Source: an uncultured delta proteobacterium (GTDB lineage: Bacteria > Desulfobacterota > Binatia > Binatales > Binataceae). Taken from it: 64,000 nt of DNA. The notes below the pieces were generated by a model that saw only the letters and a program-made list of their open reading frames with translations, ran no database searches and was not told the origin of the DNA. Where the stretch lies: the NCBI GenBank assembly GCA_963733715.1, contig CAVTEN010000004.1, positions 75,109 through 139,108 of the forward strand, given 5' to 3'. Below are positions 46,199 to 57,481 of this stretch, piece by piece (the stretch's first letter is position 1; every line of letters begins with the position of its first letter). The position numbers and the translations under genes are program-made.

Positions 46199-47422
46199 GT
46201 GTCATCGCTCGGTAAAAAAAATGATGGAAGGCACGGCGGGCTGAAAGTTCAATTGGTCGGCCAAAGCGACGACCATCGGACGGAAGTCCGGGACGCTTTG
46301 GCCGCCTTGGGCGACCCCGTGCTGAACATCAATGAAATCGAACCGGATCCGGATGTCGCCACTGACGTCAACTTTGACGTTACGATGGTGGTTTTCAACG
46401 GCAACGACGAACTATCTCTGAGCTATCTCAATACCCGGGCGGGGCAAGAGCCTCGTCCGGCTCTTTTTGCGCTACTGCACGATCGTTCCCCCGATCTGAT
46501 GAAGCGGGTGCTGAGGGCGGGAGCCGATGAGCTCCTGTTCCTGCCGCTGGATCCGGGCGACGCTACCCGCGCACTGCTCAAGATAAGCGAAACCCGCCGT
46601 CGCGAAGAAGTTCACGTCGGAGGAGGCACCATCGTTTCGATGGTGAGCCTGATCGGCGGCACCGGGGTGACGAGCCTGGCGGCTAACCTCGCGCTGGCGC
46701 TGCGCTACGCGTTCGACAAACGGGTGGCAGTAGTCGATCTCGATCTGCAAACGGGTGGGCTCTCGGTGTTTCTGAATCTCGAGCCCGAGCGCACGATCAT
46801 GACGCTGACCGAGGGAACGCGAAAGCTCGATTCGATTCAACTCGAATCGGCGCTCAGCAAGCACGCGTCCGGAATCTACCTGCTGGCGGCACCCAAGCGG
46901 ATCGAAGACAGCGAATTGGTCACCGACGCTACGGTCGGTGCGACGCTCGAGCTGATGCGCCAGTTGTTCGACTTCGTGATCGTGGATTGCGGCACGCATA
47001 TCGACTCGAACACGGTCGCGGCGTGGGAGCGATCGAATCATCTGTTTTACGTGCTCGACCAGTCGATCGGCGCGGCGCGATGCGCCTGGCGATTCGTCGA
47101 TCTGGTGGGACGGCTGGGGCTGCAGGGAATCGAGCCCAACTTCATTCTAAGCCGCTTCGTGCCCGGTCATCCGATCACCGAAGATCAGCTGAGCCATACT
47201 CTGGCCAAAGCGATTCACACGCGTATTCCGCGCGATGAAAAAGTTCTCGAGCGCGTGCAGTTGAGCGCACAGGATTTGTGGCAGGTAGCGCCGAACTCGC
47301 CGCTGGCCAAGAGTGTCGAGGACCTGGCGCGACGGCTCGAAGTCGGCAACGAAATCCCCGATAACGATTCCTCGAATTCTCTGGTTTCGCGCCTCTTGAA
47401 TGTTATCGGCGCGCGCAATTGA
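46199..47422 (+). CDS. tadZ: TadZ/CpaE: pseudo-receiver + ParA/MinD-like ATPase
   Basis: N-terminal receiver-like fold without an obvious phospho-Asp pocket. Deviant Walker A SLIGGTGVTSLAANLA..VVDLDLQTGG. Confidence 0.85.
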   Translation: MSSLGKKNDGRHGGLKVQLVGQSDDHRTEVRDALAALGDPVLNINEIEPDPDVATDVNFDVTMVVFNGNDELSLSYLNTRAGQEPRPALFALLHDRSPDLMKRVLRAGADELLFLPLDPGDATRALLKISETRRREEVHVGGGTIVSMVSLIGGTGVTSLAANLALALRYAFDKRVAVVDLDLQTGGLSVFLNLEPERTIMTLTEGTRKLDSIQLESALSKHASGIYLLAAPKRIEDSELVTDATVGATLELMRQLFDFVIVDCGTHIDSNTVAAWERSNHLFYVLDQSIGAARCAWRFVDLVGRLGLQGIEPNFILSRFVPGHPITEDQLSHTLAKAIHTRIPRDEKVLERVQLSAQDLWQVAPNSPLAKSVEDLARRLEVGNEIPDNDSSNSLVSRLLNVIGARN

Positions 47423-47431
47423 GGTACCACA

Positions 47432-48808
47432 ATGAAGCTGGTTGAGAGAATCTCGCAGCAGAACGCCGCAACGCCGGCGCCGTTCCAGCGTTCGCTGATG
47501 AGTAACGGCGCCGCCAAGCGTACTGTCAAAGACGCGCAGGCCGAAGGATTTCAGCAGCTCAAACTCGCGGTCCACAACCGCCTGTTTGAGATGTTGGACG
47601 TTACCCGGCTTGAGAGCCTCGAGCCGGTGCTGGCGGCGCAGAAGGTCACCGAAGCTATCTCCGCGATTCTCGACGACGAGGGACGGCTGCTCACCGACAT
47701 CGACAAGACTCACCTCATCGAAGAGATCAAAAACGAGCTGCTCGGACTCGGGCCGCTCGAGCCGCTTCTGTGGGACGATGAAATCACCGATATCCTGGTC
47801 AACGGGCATAACCAGGTTTACGTCGAAAAGCGCGGCAAGCTCCACACCACCGAGGTCAAGTTTCAGGACGATCAGCACTTGATGCTGATCATCGATCGGA
47901 TCGTGTCGCAGGTCGGACGCCGGGTCGACGAAGCGTCGCCGATGGTCGATGCGCGCTTGCCCGACGGTTCTCGTATCAACGCGATCATTCCGCCGCTGGC
48001 GCTCGATGGACCGGCGCTCTCGATTCGCCGATTCGGCCGCAAGCGCTTCAACATCGACGACCTGGTCGAGAAGAAGACCGTCGTACCCGAGATTGTCGAG
48101 TTCCTGCGCACGATCGTTCGCGCGCGCCTCAACATCCTGGTTTGCGGCGGCACCGGCTCCGGCAAAACGACCATGCTCAACTGCTTGTCGCTGTTTATCC
48201 CGGCCGACGAGCGAATCGTGACGATCGAGGACTCCGCGGAACTGAGTCTTCAGCAGCCGCACGTGGTCAGGCTCGAAACGCGGCCGGCGAACGTCGAAGG
48301 CAAGGGCGAAGTCAGTCAGCGCGACCTGGTCAAGAACACCCTGCGTATGCGGCCGGACCGCATTATCGTCGGCGAGGTCCGCGGCGGCGAAGTGTTCGAC
48401 ATGTTGCAGGCGATGTCGACCGGTCATGACGGGTCAATCGCGACTATCCACGCCAACACTCCCCGCGACAGCATGGGACGCCTCGAGATGATGATGCTGC
48501 TGTCGGGCGTACAGATTCCGCAGCGCGCGATGCGCCAGCAAATCGCGTCCGCACTCAACATCATCGTTCACGTTTCGCGTCTGTCAGACGGCTCGCGCAA
48601 AATATTGCGCATCTCCGAGATCAGCGGAATGGAAGGCGAGATGGTGATGATGCAGGATCTGTTCGAGTTCAAGCGCACCGGAATCGGACCGGGCGGCGAA
48701 GTGCTCGGCGCGTTTATCGCCACCGGAATTCGTTCAACCTACTCGCAGCGGCTCGAGGCTGCGGGATACAAACTCGACGGCAAAATCTTCCGCAACACTA
48801 TCGGATAA
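47432..48808 (+). CDS. tadA: TadA/CpaF secretion ATPase
   Basis: ITDILVNG, Walker [49 protein letters not shown]. Confidence 0.92.
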   Translation: MKLVERISQQNAATPAPFQRSLMSNGAAKRTVKDAQAEGFQQLKLAVHNRLFEMLDVTRLESLEPVLAAQKVTEAISAILDDEGRLLTDIDKTHLIEEIKNELLGLGPLEPLLWDDEITDILVNGHNQVYVEKRGKLHTTEVKFQDDQHLMLIIDRIVSQVGRRVDEASPMVDARLPDGSRINAIIPPLALDGPALSIRRFGRKRFNIDDLVEKKTVVPEIVEFLRTIVRARLNILVCGGTGSGKTTMLNCLSLFIPADERIVTIEDSAELSLQQPHVVRLETRPANVEGKGEVSQRDLVKNTLRMRPDRIIVGEVRGGEVFDMLQAMSTGHDGSIATIHANTPRDSMGRLEMMMLLSGVQIPQRAMRQQIASALNIIVHVSRLSDGSRKILRISEISGMEGEMVMMQDLFEFKRTGIGPGGEVLGAFIATGIRSTYSQRLEAAGYKLDGKIFRNTIG

Positions 48809-48813
48809 ATACT

Positions 48814-49761
48814 ATGGATTTTTTGATGGCAAGCGGAATATTCGCGCTCGTCTTCATGGGCGTGCTGATATTTACCAGCAGTCGCGGCACTGAAGTCGAG
48901 CAATCGCGCGAGGTGGCCCGGCGCCTGACCCGACCCCCCGACGAGATAGAAGTCAACGTCATGCGCAAGCAGCGGCCCCAGGAGGGAGTGCTGCTGGGCG
49001 CTCTGTACAGGATGAACCTGCTGCGCAAACTCGAAGAGGCGATGTGGCAGGCCGGCATGTACATGAGGGTCGGCGACATCCTGCTGATCATCGTGCTGGC
49101 ATTCGGCGCGGGTTTGTTCGGTGGCAATCTCTTCTTCCACGACATCTGGTTCGGTGTGATTACCGGCCTGGTCACTGGCGCGATGCCACTGTTCTACATC
49201 CAATTCATGAAGAAGCGGCGGTTGAAGGCCTTCGCAGCTCAGTTGCCGTTCGCACTTGACCTCATCAAATCGTCGCTCGAGGCGGGCCATTCGCTGCAGC
49301 GCGCTATGCAAGTTCTGGTCAGCGAGTTCGCCGATCCGCTGGGCGCCGAATTCCGCACCGTGCTCGAGCAGAACCGGATTGGACTGCCGCTGCCACGCGC
49401 GCTCGAGGACATGCTCAAGCGAGTTCCCGAGGATGACCTCCGCCTGCTGGTCGTCGCGGTGCGGGTCCAAACGGAAGTTGGATCGAGCCTGGCGCAAATT
49501 GTCGGTCGACTCTCCGAAATCGTACGAATCAGGCAGCGCTTGCGGATGCAAATCCGGGCACTGACCGCTCAATCGCGCATGGGCGGCATGGTGGTCGGGA
49601 TCCTGCCGATCATCGTGCTTACAATATTCAGCGTGGTTCAACCGGGCTATACGGATAAATTGTTCCATGACCCAACCGGTCAGAAGATTTTGAAATTTGC
49701 GATCGGTTCGGACCTGCTCGCTCTGATCACCATCAGGCGACTACTGAAGGTGGACTACTAG
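48814..49761 (+). CDS. tadB: TadB (type II secretion F-family inner-membrane platform protein)
   Basis: QLPFALDLIKSSLEAGHSLQRAM..RALTAQSRMGGMVVGILP. Confidence 0.85.
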   Translation: MDFLMASGIFALVFMGVLIFTSSRGTEVEQSREVARRLTRPPDEIEVNVMRKQRPQEGVLLGALYRMNLLRKLEEAMWQAGMYMRVGDILLIIVLAFGAGLFGGNLFFHDIWFGVITGLVTGAMPLFYIQFMKKRRLKAFAAQLPFALDLIKSSLEAGHSLQRAMQVLVSEFADPLGAEFRTVLEQNRIGLPLPRALEDMLKRVPEDDLRLLVVAVRVQTEVGSSLAQIVGRLSEIVRIRQRLRMQIRALTAQSRMGGMVVGILPIIVLTIFSVVQPGYTDKLFHDPTGQKILKFAIGSDLLALITIRRLLKVDY

Positions 49762-49762
49762 T

Positions 49763-50698
49763 ATGAGCCCATTCATGATTGGCGTCGGGGTCTTTCTCCT
49801 GGCCGGCGGCGCATGTGTGGCCCTCTATTTCGCCATCTCGCCGCAAAACCGGGCGGTCGATGAACGCTTCGCGGATTTGGCGGTCCAAATGCGAGCCTCG
49901 CAGGGGGCGCTCGCCGGTGACAACCAGGACGAGACCCTGCTCCGCATGCTTTTCAGATGGGCCGCCAAGCGAGTGCCGCCGCCTAACCTGGATAGTCCCA
50001 CCGGAGAAAAGCTGCAGCAGACCCTGGTGCAGGCAGGATTTATCAAGTCCACCGCGCCGCAGACCTATCAGGTCGCCCGTGTACTGCTGGCGGTAGGATG
50101 CGGCGTCATTGGACTGCTGTTCGGAGCCATTTTTCACCCGGCATCGGCTACTCCGCTGCTGCTCGGAGTTGGCGGCGTCGGAATCGGAATCTTCGTACCC
50201 AGCTACTATTTGGGACGGCGCGCGCGTATCCGGCAGGGCGCCATCGCAAAGCAGCTCTCGGACGTGCTCGATCTGCTGGTGGTATGCGTCGAAGCGGGCA
50301 TGGGGTTGTTCGAGGCGATTCGAATCGTCGGCACAGAATGCGAACGTCATGGGCAGGAAATCGGTTTCGAGCTGAACCTCGTTGCAACCGATATTTCCGC
50401 AGGTGCGAGCCTTGGACAGGCGTTACGCGGGCTCGCCGACCGGACTGCAGTGGAGGATATCAAGCCGCTCGCCGCGACCTTGATCCAGAGCGAGCAACTT
50501 GGTGCGCAGATCGGACCCGCGTTGCGCGCCAGCTCCGATGCATTGCGCCAGCGGCGCCGGCTGCATGCCGAGGAAAGCGCGCAGAAGGCATCGATTAAGA
50601 TATTGTTCCCGCTGGTCATCTTCGTGTTGCCCTCGATGATGGCGGTGATCATCGGACCTGCAATGATCTCGGTCCTCCATACGCTCTCGAATCAGTGA
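49763..50698 (+). CDS. tadC: TadC (type II secretion F-family platform protein)
   Basis: QLSDVLDLLVVCVEAGMGLFEAI..LRQRRRLHAEESAQKASIKILFPLVIFVLPSMM. Confidence 0.85.
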   Translation: MSPFMIGVGVFLLAGGACVALYFAISPQNRAVDERFADLAVQMRASQGALAGDNQDETLLRMLFRWAAKRVPPPNLDSPTGEKLQQTLVQAGFIKSTAPQTYQVARVLLAVGCGVIGLLFGAIFHPASATPLLLGVGGVGIGIFVPSYYLGRRARIRQGAIAKQLSDVLDLLVVCVEAGMGLFEAIRIVGTECERHGQEIGFELNLVATDISAGASLGQALRGLADRTAVEDIKPLAATLIQSEQLGAQIGPALRASSDALRQRRRLHAEESAQKASIKILFPLVIFVLPSMMAVIIGPAMISVLHTLSNQ

Positions 50699-51006
50699 GG
50701 GCGGCCGTCGTTAGACGGCAATCCAAAATAGCCTCTCCCAGGGGGCCTCGGTCCGGCGCGGCGCCGCGTCGGTCCGGGGCCTGTACGTTTTTGGCGCGCC
50801 GTCTGCTCCTCACAGATTTTAGTTGCCGGCATAGAAGCGGAGAGCAAACGCTATGACATTAGCCGCGAGGAAGGCATACCCGCAGAGCGACAGTCGCCGC
50901 CTGGTGAAGATGGCGTCTTCGGCCTTGGACACGCTCGGCCACGGACCAGACGCGGTGAATCCTGTCGATCCGCGCCCTTCTTTTCGTCGCCCGAGAATCC
51001 GATGGC

Positions 51007-52491
<1,485 letters not shown>

Positions 52492-52757
52492 TCCTCACAC
52501 CCAAAGGCCGCCGTTTCCCTGGAGGGGCAAACGCGGCTTAGCGTAGCATTCTTGCCCCTGCCAGTAGGCCTGTCAATAAGGGGTCAAAGCACCTGATTTA
52601 TCAGGATAATCCAGAGAATGAGGCGTTGCTGAGATGAAACGTGCCCAGAAATACCGAGGCTGATTTCAATTCGATGAAGCAGGAAGGCGAGAGGGAGAAA
52701 GTCGCAGAGCGCTAACGCCACATCGCTTTGACAGGGAGCACGAGGCTTCCCCAGTTG

Positions 52758-53010
52758 CTAGTTCGGAGAACTATTGCGCGAGGTGAGCGGTATCGGCAGC
52801 AATCCCGGCGGCGAATTCAGATATCCGAGCGATGGCTCATCCTGATAGTCGGCTTCGTCGCGAATCTGGCGGGCGTTGTCGCGGGCTTCACAGTCGCTCT
52901 GGTCCTGCACCCTGACAGGTCGTCGCCGCTGCCACCTGCGCGCTGTCGGACGCGCACCCGTACAAGCCAGTGGCCGCAGCCAGTATCGCGACGGCCAGGA
53001 GTCGATTCAT
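52758..53010 (-). pseudogene. Small Cys-motif lipoprotein, frame broken as assembled
   Basis: ATG 53008-53010 gives MNRLLAVAILAAATGLYGC..AQVAAATTCQGA. The adjacent frame then gives DQSDCEARDNARQIRDEADYQDEPS..* (stop 52758-52760). Paralogous to 53197..53409. The shift is near 52903-52908. Confidence 0.5.
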
Positions 53011-53196
53011 CCTGCTGCCAATCATGTTACCGGGATAACCTAGCAGATTATTTGATCGGGTCGATACGACGCAGGCGCAATTAATAACCGCCACCGGCGA
53101 AAAAACGGTGCGCCTCAGTTTGTTTGAATGGAAACAAAGGCGGGCTCACAATTGTTATCGAGATAGCGTTCGACGATTCTTGAAGAGGGAACCCCT

Positions 53197-53409
53197 ATGC
53201 TCAAACTGATGACATTGATGTTCGCATCGGCGCTGCTGCTCGCGAGCGGCTGCGCTGAGCATGCTCAAAGAGTGGCTCTTCAGCAAAAATGCGATAGTGG
53301 CGATCAGAATGCCTGCCAGCAGATTGCCCAGGACACTGCTGCGTTCTATCCGACGCCTCCGAACGTGCGCGTATTTCCCAGCGGCGCTCCGGCGCTAAAC
53401 AGCCTCTGA
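53197..53409 (+). CDS. Small Cys-motif lipoprotein
   Basis: MLKLMTLMFASALLLASGC (lipobox) ..AQRVALQQKCDSGDQNACQQIAQDTAAFYPTPP. Confidence 0.6.
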   Translation: MLKLMTLMFASALLLASGCAEHAQRVALQQKCDSGDQNACQQIAQDTAAFYPTPPNVRVFPSGAPALNSL

Positions 53410-53449
53410 CCGACGTCACCTCTCACCAGCGAGAGTCTATCTGAAGAAA

Positions 53450-53525
53450 TGGCTCCCCGGGCCGGATTCGAACCAGCGACATGACGGTTAACAGCCGTCC
53501 GCTCTACCGACTGAGCTACCGGGGA
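53450..53525 (-). tRNA. tRNA-Asn (GTT)
   Basis: Reverse strand TCCCCGG-TA-GCTCAGTCGGTAGAGC-G-GACGG-CTGTTAA-CCGTC-ATGTC-GCTGGTTCGAATCCGGC-CCGGGGA-G-CCA. Full cloverleaf with encoded CCA. Confidence 0.93.
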
Positions 53526-53651
53526 GTATTTTGATTTATCGGCGCTGAGCCTGAACTACTCTCGATATACGCGCGTCGCCGCGAGATCAAGAACCGACAT
53601 TATAACTGCAGATCGGCTGCATGAATCAATCCGAATCGTGCACGATGCCGA

Positions 53652-54507
53652 TCACTTGCCGATTTTGGAGCTTTGCAGCGTTTTGTCCTGTACCTCGCCC
53701 ATCTTCTTGACGGTCTCTGCCACGAACTTCGCAGGGAGGACGCCCGCCAAGCCTGAAAAAACCGGATCGGTGTTGAGCGAAGTATTGGCCTCGAGAATTC
53801 CCCATAGCGCGAAGCGAAGCCCGGCGCTGACGAACACCGGAGCGCCGCTGGAGAACCCCGGCGCGCTGCCGCCGTCAAGATAGCTGAGCTGCTGCAGGCC
53901 GGCGCCGATCACCTCGGTGTCGGCGGGCGCGGGAACCGAGACGTGGCCGAAGCGAGCGAGCGCCTCGAAGCGATGCTGCTGGACGCCCACGGTCGCGGCA
54001 GTCAGGTAGTAGACCTGCGCTCCCGTTTCGGGCCGTGCGAAAGGGTCGTCGCTGCCGAGCAGAGAGGCGAGCGCGATTGGCGCGATACTCGCGCCCTTGG
54101 GAGTCAGAGGAATCGCGGCGACGTCGGCCTTTTCTTCATTCGGATCGAGCACCCAGCGAGTTTCGGGCGGCAGCGGCTCCTCGCGCATCGCGCCGGTCTT
54201 GGAGTCTTCGAGCGTCAGCAGGAGGCCGGCGCGCGGCTTGCCGTCGTCATCGAGCAGGTTGTGATGCGCGGTCACCAGGTAAACGAACGATCGTCCGGGG
54301 AATACGTAGCTTGGCACGGCGACGAAAAATGCGGTGCCGACCTGCACCGAGCGCCCGCCGGAGTGAGTCACGATGCCGGCGACGTTGCGCAACGTGCCGG
54401 TCGGGACGGTGCCGTTTTCGTCTGCGCAAGAAGCAGTCGCGGGATATGGCGAGGATGGACGCGAGCGCGACGGCGGCCGCCGCAATCGAGAGTGTGACTT
54501 TTCTCAT
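53652..54507 (-). pseudogene. Secreted trypsin-like (S1-fold) serine protease, frame broken as assembled
   Basis: Signal MRKVTLSIAAAAVALASILAIS (ORF 54247..54507), then PATASCADENG.. in the frame of ORF 53652..54485. Candidate catalytic residues: YLVTAHH (His), DVAAI (Asp), GGSAPGFSSGAPVF (Ser). The shift is near 54435-54445. Confidence 0.65.
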
Positions 54508-54715
54508 TCGATCAGATTCATCCAGAGCTTGATTTGGGGTTGGCCCGGCTCAGTTCGGCGCATAACGATAGCAGAAGAGCCCATGTGAGGAAGAGGCTGG
54601 GGCAGCAGGGCGGCAGCCGAGTCGTCAAACGCAGAGCGGCGCGGCCATAGCTTTCCGCTCGGACCGCGCCGCCAATCGACTACTTTTTTATCGATCGCAA
54701 TTCGTGTCGCAGATT

Positions 54716-55081
54716 CTACCAGCGGTTGCGATTTCCACCGCCGCCACCGCCTTCTCTGCCGCCACCGCCACCGCCGCCACCACGCCGGCGATCTCCGCCT
54801 CCGCCACCTCCACCGCCGCCACGCGGGCCGCCGGTGCTGGCGCGAGCCTCGTCAATCTTGATTCGCCGTCCCTTCAGGTCGGTGTCGTTGAGCGTCTGGA
54901 TTGCAGTGGCCGCATCGGCCGCCTCCACCATCTCGACGAAACCGAAGCCGCGCGACTGTCCCGAGAATTTGTCGGAGACCACTACCGCGCTTTCGACTTT
55001 CCCAGCCTGTCCAAAGAGCTCCGCCAGGTCATCCTGCGTAACCGCGTAGGCGAGATTGCCTACATACAACTTAGTGGGCAT
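54716..55081 (-). CDS. RRM-type RNA-binding protein with Gly/Arg-rich tail
   Basis: ATG 55079-55081 follows AAGGAGGG. RNP-2 LYVGNL, RNP-1 RGFGFVEM. Tail GGPRGGGGGGGGGDRRRGGGGGGGGREGGGGGGNRNRW. Confidence 0.88.
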   Translation of the reverse strand: MPTKLYVGNLAYAVTQDDLAELFGQAGKVESAVVVSDKFSGQSRGFGFVEMVEAADAATAIQTLNDTDLKGRRIKIDEARASTGGPRGGGGGGGGGDRRRGGGGGGGGREGGGGGGNRNRW

Positions 55082-55229
55082 AAAAGCCCTCCTTACTTTT
55101 TGCCGGGAAGCTCCTAAACAGACGACCATCCGGGAAGACCGGGATCCGAGAGAAAGGCGGCGTCCGAGGCATGTTAGATCCTAGAAATAAAGATAGGCGC
55201 GAGGCAATTCTGAGTAAAGTCGGAACCGG

Positions 55230-56530
55230 GAACGCCTTGGGAAACGTAGTGCGGCTGCTCACCCGCCACGCGAGGACGAGCGTCGGCCTTGTATGTTGCG
55301 GTCAGAGTCCGAAGATGGAGTAGGACGAGGGCGCGGCAGGCCGATTCGGCCTGGGTCGATAGAGACCGTGGGAGAGCGTGGTCGCCGCGCCCATAACTCC
55401 GGCCAGGAGCCCGAACAGTCGCTGGGGCGGCGCACGGCGCAGAGCCCGAATCGCGCAAGGATGGGCGGCGCCGGAACCAGTGGAGGCGGTAGGATGGAAG
55501 CAGCGGTGGTGGTTGGAATCGATGTGAGCAAGCGCACGCTGGAAGTAGCGTTGTCCAGTGGCGGCGGCTTCAGCGTTGCGAACAACGAAGACGGGATCGG
55601 CGAGCTGCTGGTGCGGCTGCGGCAAAGCGGCGCCGCGCTGGTAGTGCTGGAAGCCTCGGGTGGATATGAGAGCCCAGCCTATCTGGCGCTGTGGGAGGCC
55701 GGGGTGCCGACCGCGCTAATCAATCCGCGCGATGCCTATCACTTCGCCCAAGCCAATCGGCAATTGGCTAAAACCGATCAGCTCGATGCGCGCGGGTTAT
55801 GTGAGTTTGGCTTGCGCATGCAGCCCGAACCGTTGCCTCCGCCGGAGGCGGCGGATGAAGAACTCAAAGCCCTGGCCGTGCGCCGGCGCCAAGTAGTCAA
55901 GATGCTGGCGGCGGAGCGCACCCGGGTGCAGCAGGCGCCGCGCTCAGTGCGGTCCAGCGTCAAGCGCATCGTCCGGGCGCTGGAGCGCGAGCTCGGTGCG
56001 GTCGACCATCAGATCGAACAACGCCTGCGGGACAATCCGCGCCTGGCGCACCGCTGCGCGCAACTCGAACAGGTGCCGGGACTGGGGCCGGTGACCGGCG
56101 CGATCCTGGTCAGCCGGTTGCCCGAGCTGGGTCTGCTCGGGCCCAAGCAGATCGCGGCGCTGGTCGGAGTCGCACCGTATGACCATCAAAGCGGTGAGTG
56201 GCGCGGGCGCAGCTCGATCTTCGGCGGCCGCGCCGAGGTGCGCAGCGCCCTGTATATGGCCACCCTGTCCGCGATTCGCTGTAACCCGGTGTTGCGCAGC
56301 TTTTATCGCCGGCTGCGGGCGGCAGGTAAACCGGCCAAGGTCGCCATCATCGCAGCCATGCGCAAACTACTGGTCATCCTCAACGCGATGCTCAAAACCA
56401 ACTCGCCCTGGAGGCCTCCATGCGCAATCACCGTCTAGCTAACCGGTTGTCCACAAGTCCACAGGCGGGGTCCTTCCCTGGACCCCACAGCCTGTGGACC
56501 CTGTGGGCAACCCGCTTACCTTGACTGCCA
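55230..56530 (+). mobile_element. IS110-family insertion sequence (boundaries approximate)
   Basis: Single DEDD-type transposase ORF with about 260 nt of structured non-coding sequence upstream and about 90 nt of hairpin-rich sequence downstream. No terminal inverted repeats were seen, as expected for IS110. The ends are not mapped. Confidence 0.5.
55494..56438 (+). CDS. IS110-family transposase/recombinase
   Basis: ATG 55494. VVVGIDVSKRTLEVAL, VVLEASGGYE, AKTDQLDA, VPGLGPVTGAILV, AGKPAKVAIIAAMRKLLVILNAML. Confidence 0.9.
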   Translation: MEAAVVVGIDVSKRTLEVALSSGGGFSVANNEDGIGELLVRLRQSGAALVVLEASGGYESPAYLALWEAGVPTALINPRDAYHFAQANRQLAKTDQLDARGLCEFGLRMQPEPLPPPEAADEELKALAVRRRQVVKMLAAERTRVQQAPRSVRSSVKRIVRALERELGAVDHQIEQRLRDNPRLAHRCAQLEQVPGLGPVTGAILVSRLPELGLLGPKQIAALVGVAPYDHQSGEWRGRSSIFGGRAEVRSALYMATLSAIRCNPVLRSFYRRLRAAGKPAKVAIIAAMRKLLVILNAMLKTNSPWRPPCAITV

Positions 56531-56539
56531 ACACAGTCG

Positions 56540-56560
56540 CTCTCCCCTCGTGGGGCGAGG
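56540..56560. repeat. Family C hairpin unit
   Basis: CTCTCCCCTCGTGGGGCGAGG. Same hairpin as in the arms of 35266..35416. Confidence 0.7.
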
Positions 56561-56667
56561 CAAGGAAGGAGCCGTAGAGTGAGTCCGCTTTTGAGTTTGA
56601 TTTTTTCGAAGCGCCAGGGTTCGGGCGTGGCCGCGCTGAACGAACGCGAGTGCGGATTTTCCGGCAA

Positions 56668-56709
56668 CCTAACCCCTAACCCCTTCCCTCGAGGGAAGGG
56701 GGACAATCG
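56668..56709 (-). repeat. Family B repeat (inverted)
   Basis: CCTAACCCCTAACCCCTTCCCTCGAGGGAAGGGGGACAATCG. One mismatch from the copy at 38034. Confidence 0.85.
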
Positions 56710-56724
56710 CCCACGGAAAAATCG

Positions 56725-57481
56725 CTACGCGGCTACCTTCGTCGTACCCTGCATCGCCGGTATCTCCGGATTGCAGATGTAGCGGATCTTCGGGAGCGTT
56801 ACGTCGGCGGTGGTGAAGGTCGCGGAAATTGGATTGTCGAGGCGCAGATTCGTGCCCGCCCCGAATGCGTCGTTGTCCATCAGGACAATCCGCGGCTTGC
56901 CGCGCTCAGCTTTCGCAAACGTGAACTCGGGATCTACCTGCACCAGCACCAGCTTGCCATCGTCCTTGTTGCGGGCGAGATGCATGCTCGCGATGTACTG
57001 GATGTCGCCGCCGGAGATCATGTCGCGATCGAGCAGCTCGCATTCGAGCACCGGCTTGCCGCCTGCGCCGACGCGCGCAACAACGCGGTCGTGGCGGATG
57101 TCGATCTTCACGTCGCCTGCGACCGTCGGATAACCCCATCGCGCGGCCAGCTCGCGGCGCGCGTCTTCATTGTCGCAATAACTGCGGAGCACGAAGCCGC
57201 GCGGACGAACGCCGGTGCGGCCCGACGACGCGAACCTCGGCAATCGAAAACGCGCCGACCGGACTTTCTGGATACGTCGTCACGCAGAAAATTGCATACT
57301 CGGGAATCGACGGATGCATCGTGGCCGGGATCAGGTTGTCGGCCGGATCGTCGTCGATCTCCATATTGATGGTGAGAATCTTCGCGCCCTTCAAAATCCA
57401 CGGCTCGGTCTTGTAGCCATTGATCGTCGGCGCCGACTTGGCCCATGCAGCGAGATCGAGCTTTCCAAAACGCGGCGGCAT
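56725..57481 (-). pseudogene. Acetoacetate decarboxylase (ADC)-family-like protein, frame broken as assembled
   Basis: ATG 57479-57481 follows AGGAGG (MPPRFGKLDLAAW..YPESPVGAFSIAEVRVVG), then RTGVRPRGFVLRSYCDNEDARRELAARWGYP.. in the frame of ORF 56725..57243. The shift is at a GGG/CCC run near 57220-57224. The family call is tentative. Confidence 0.55.
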
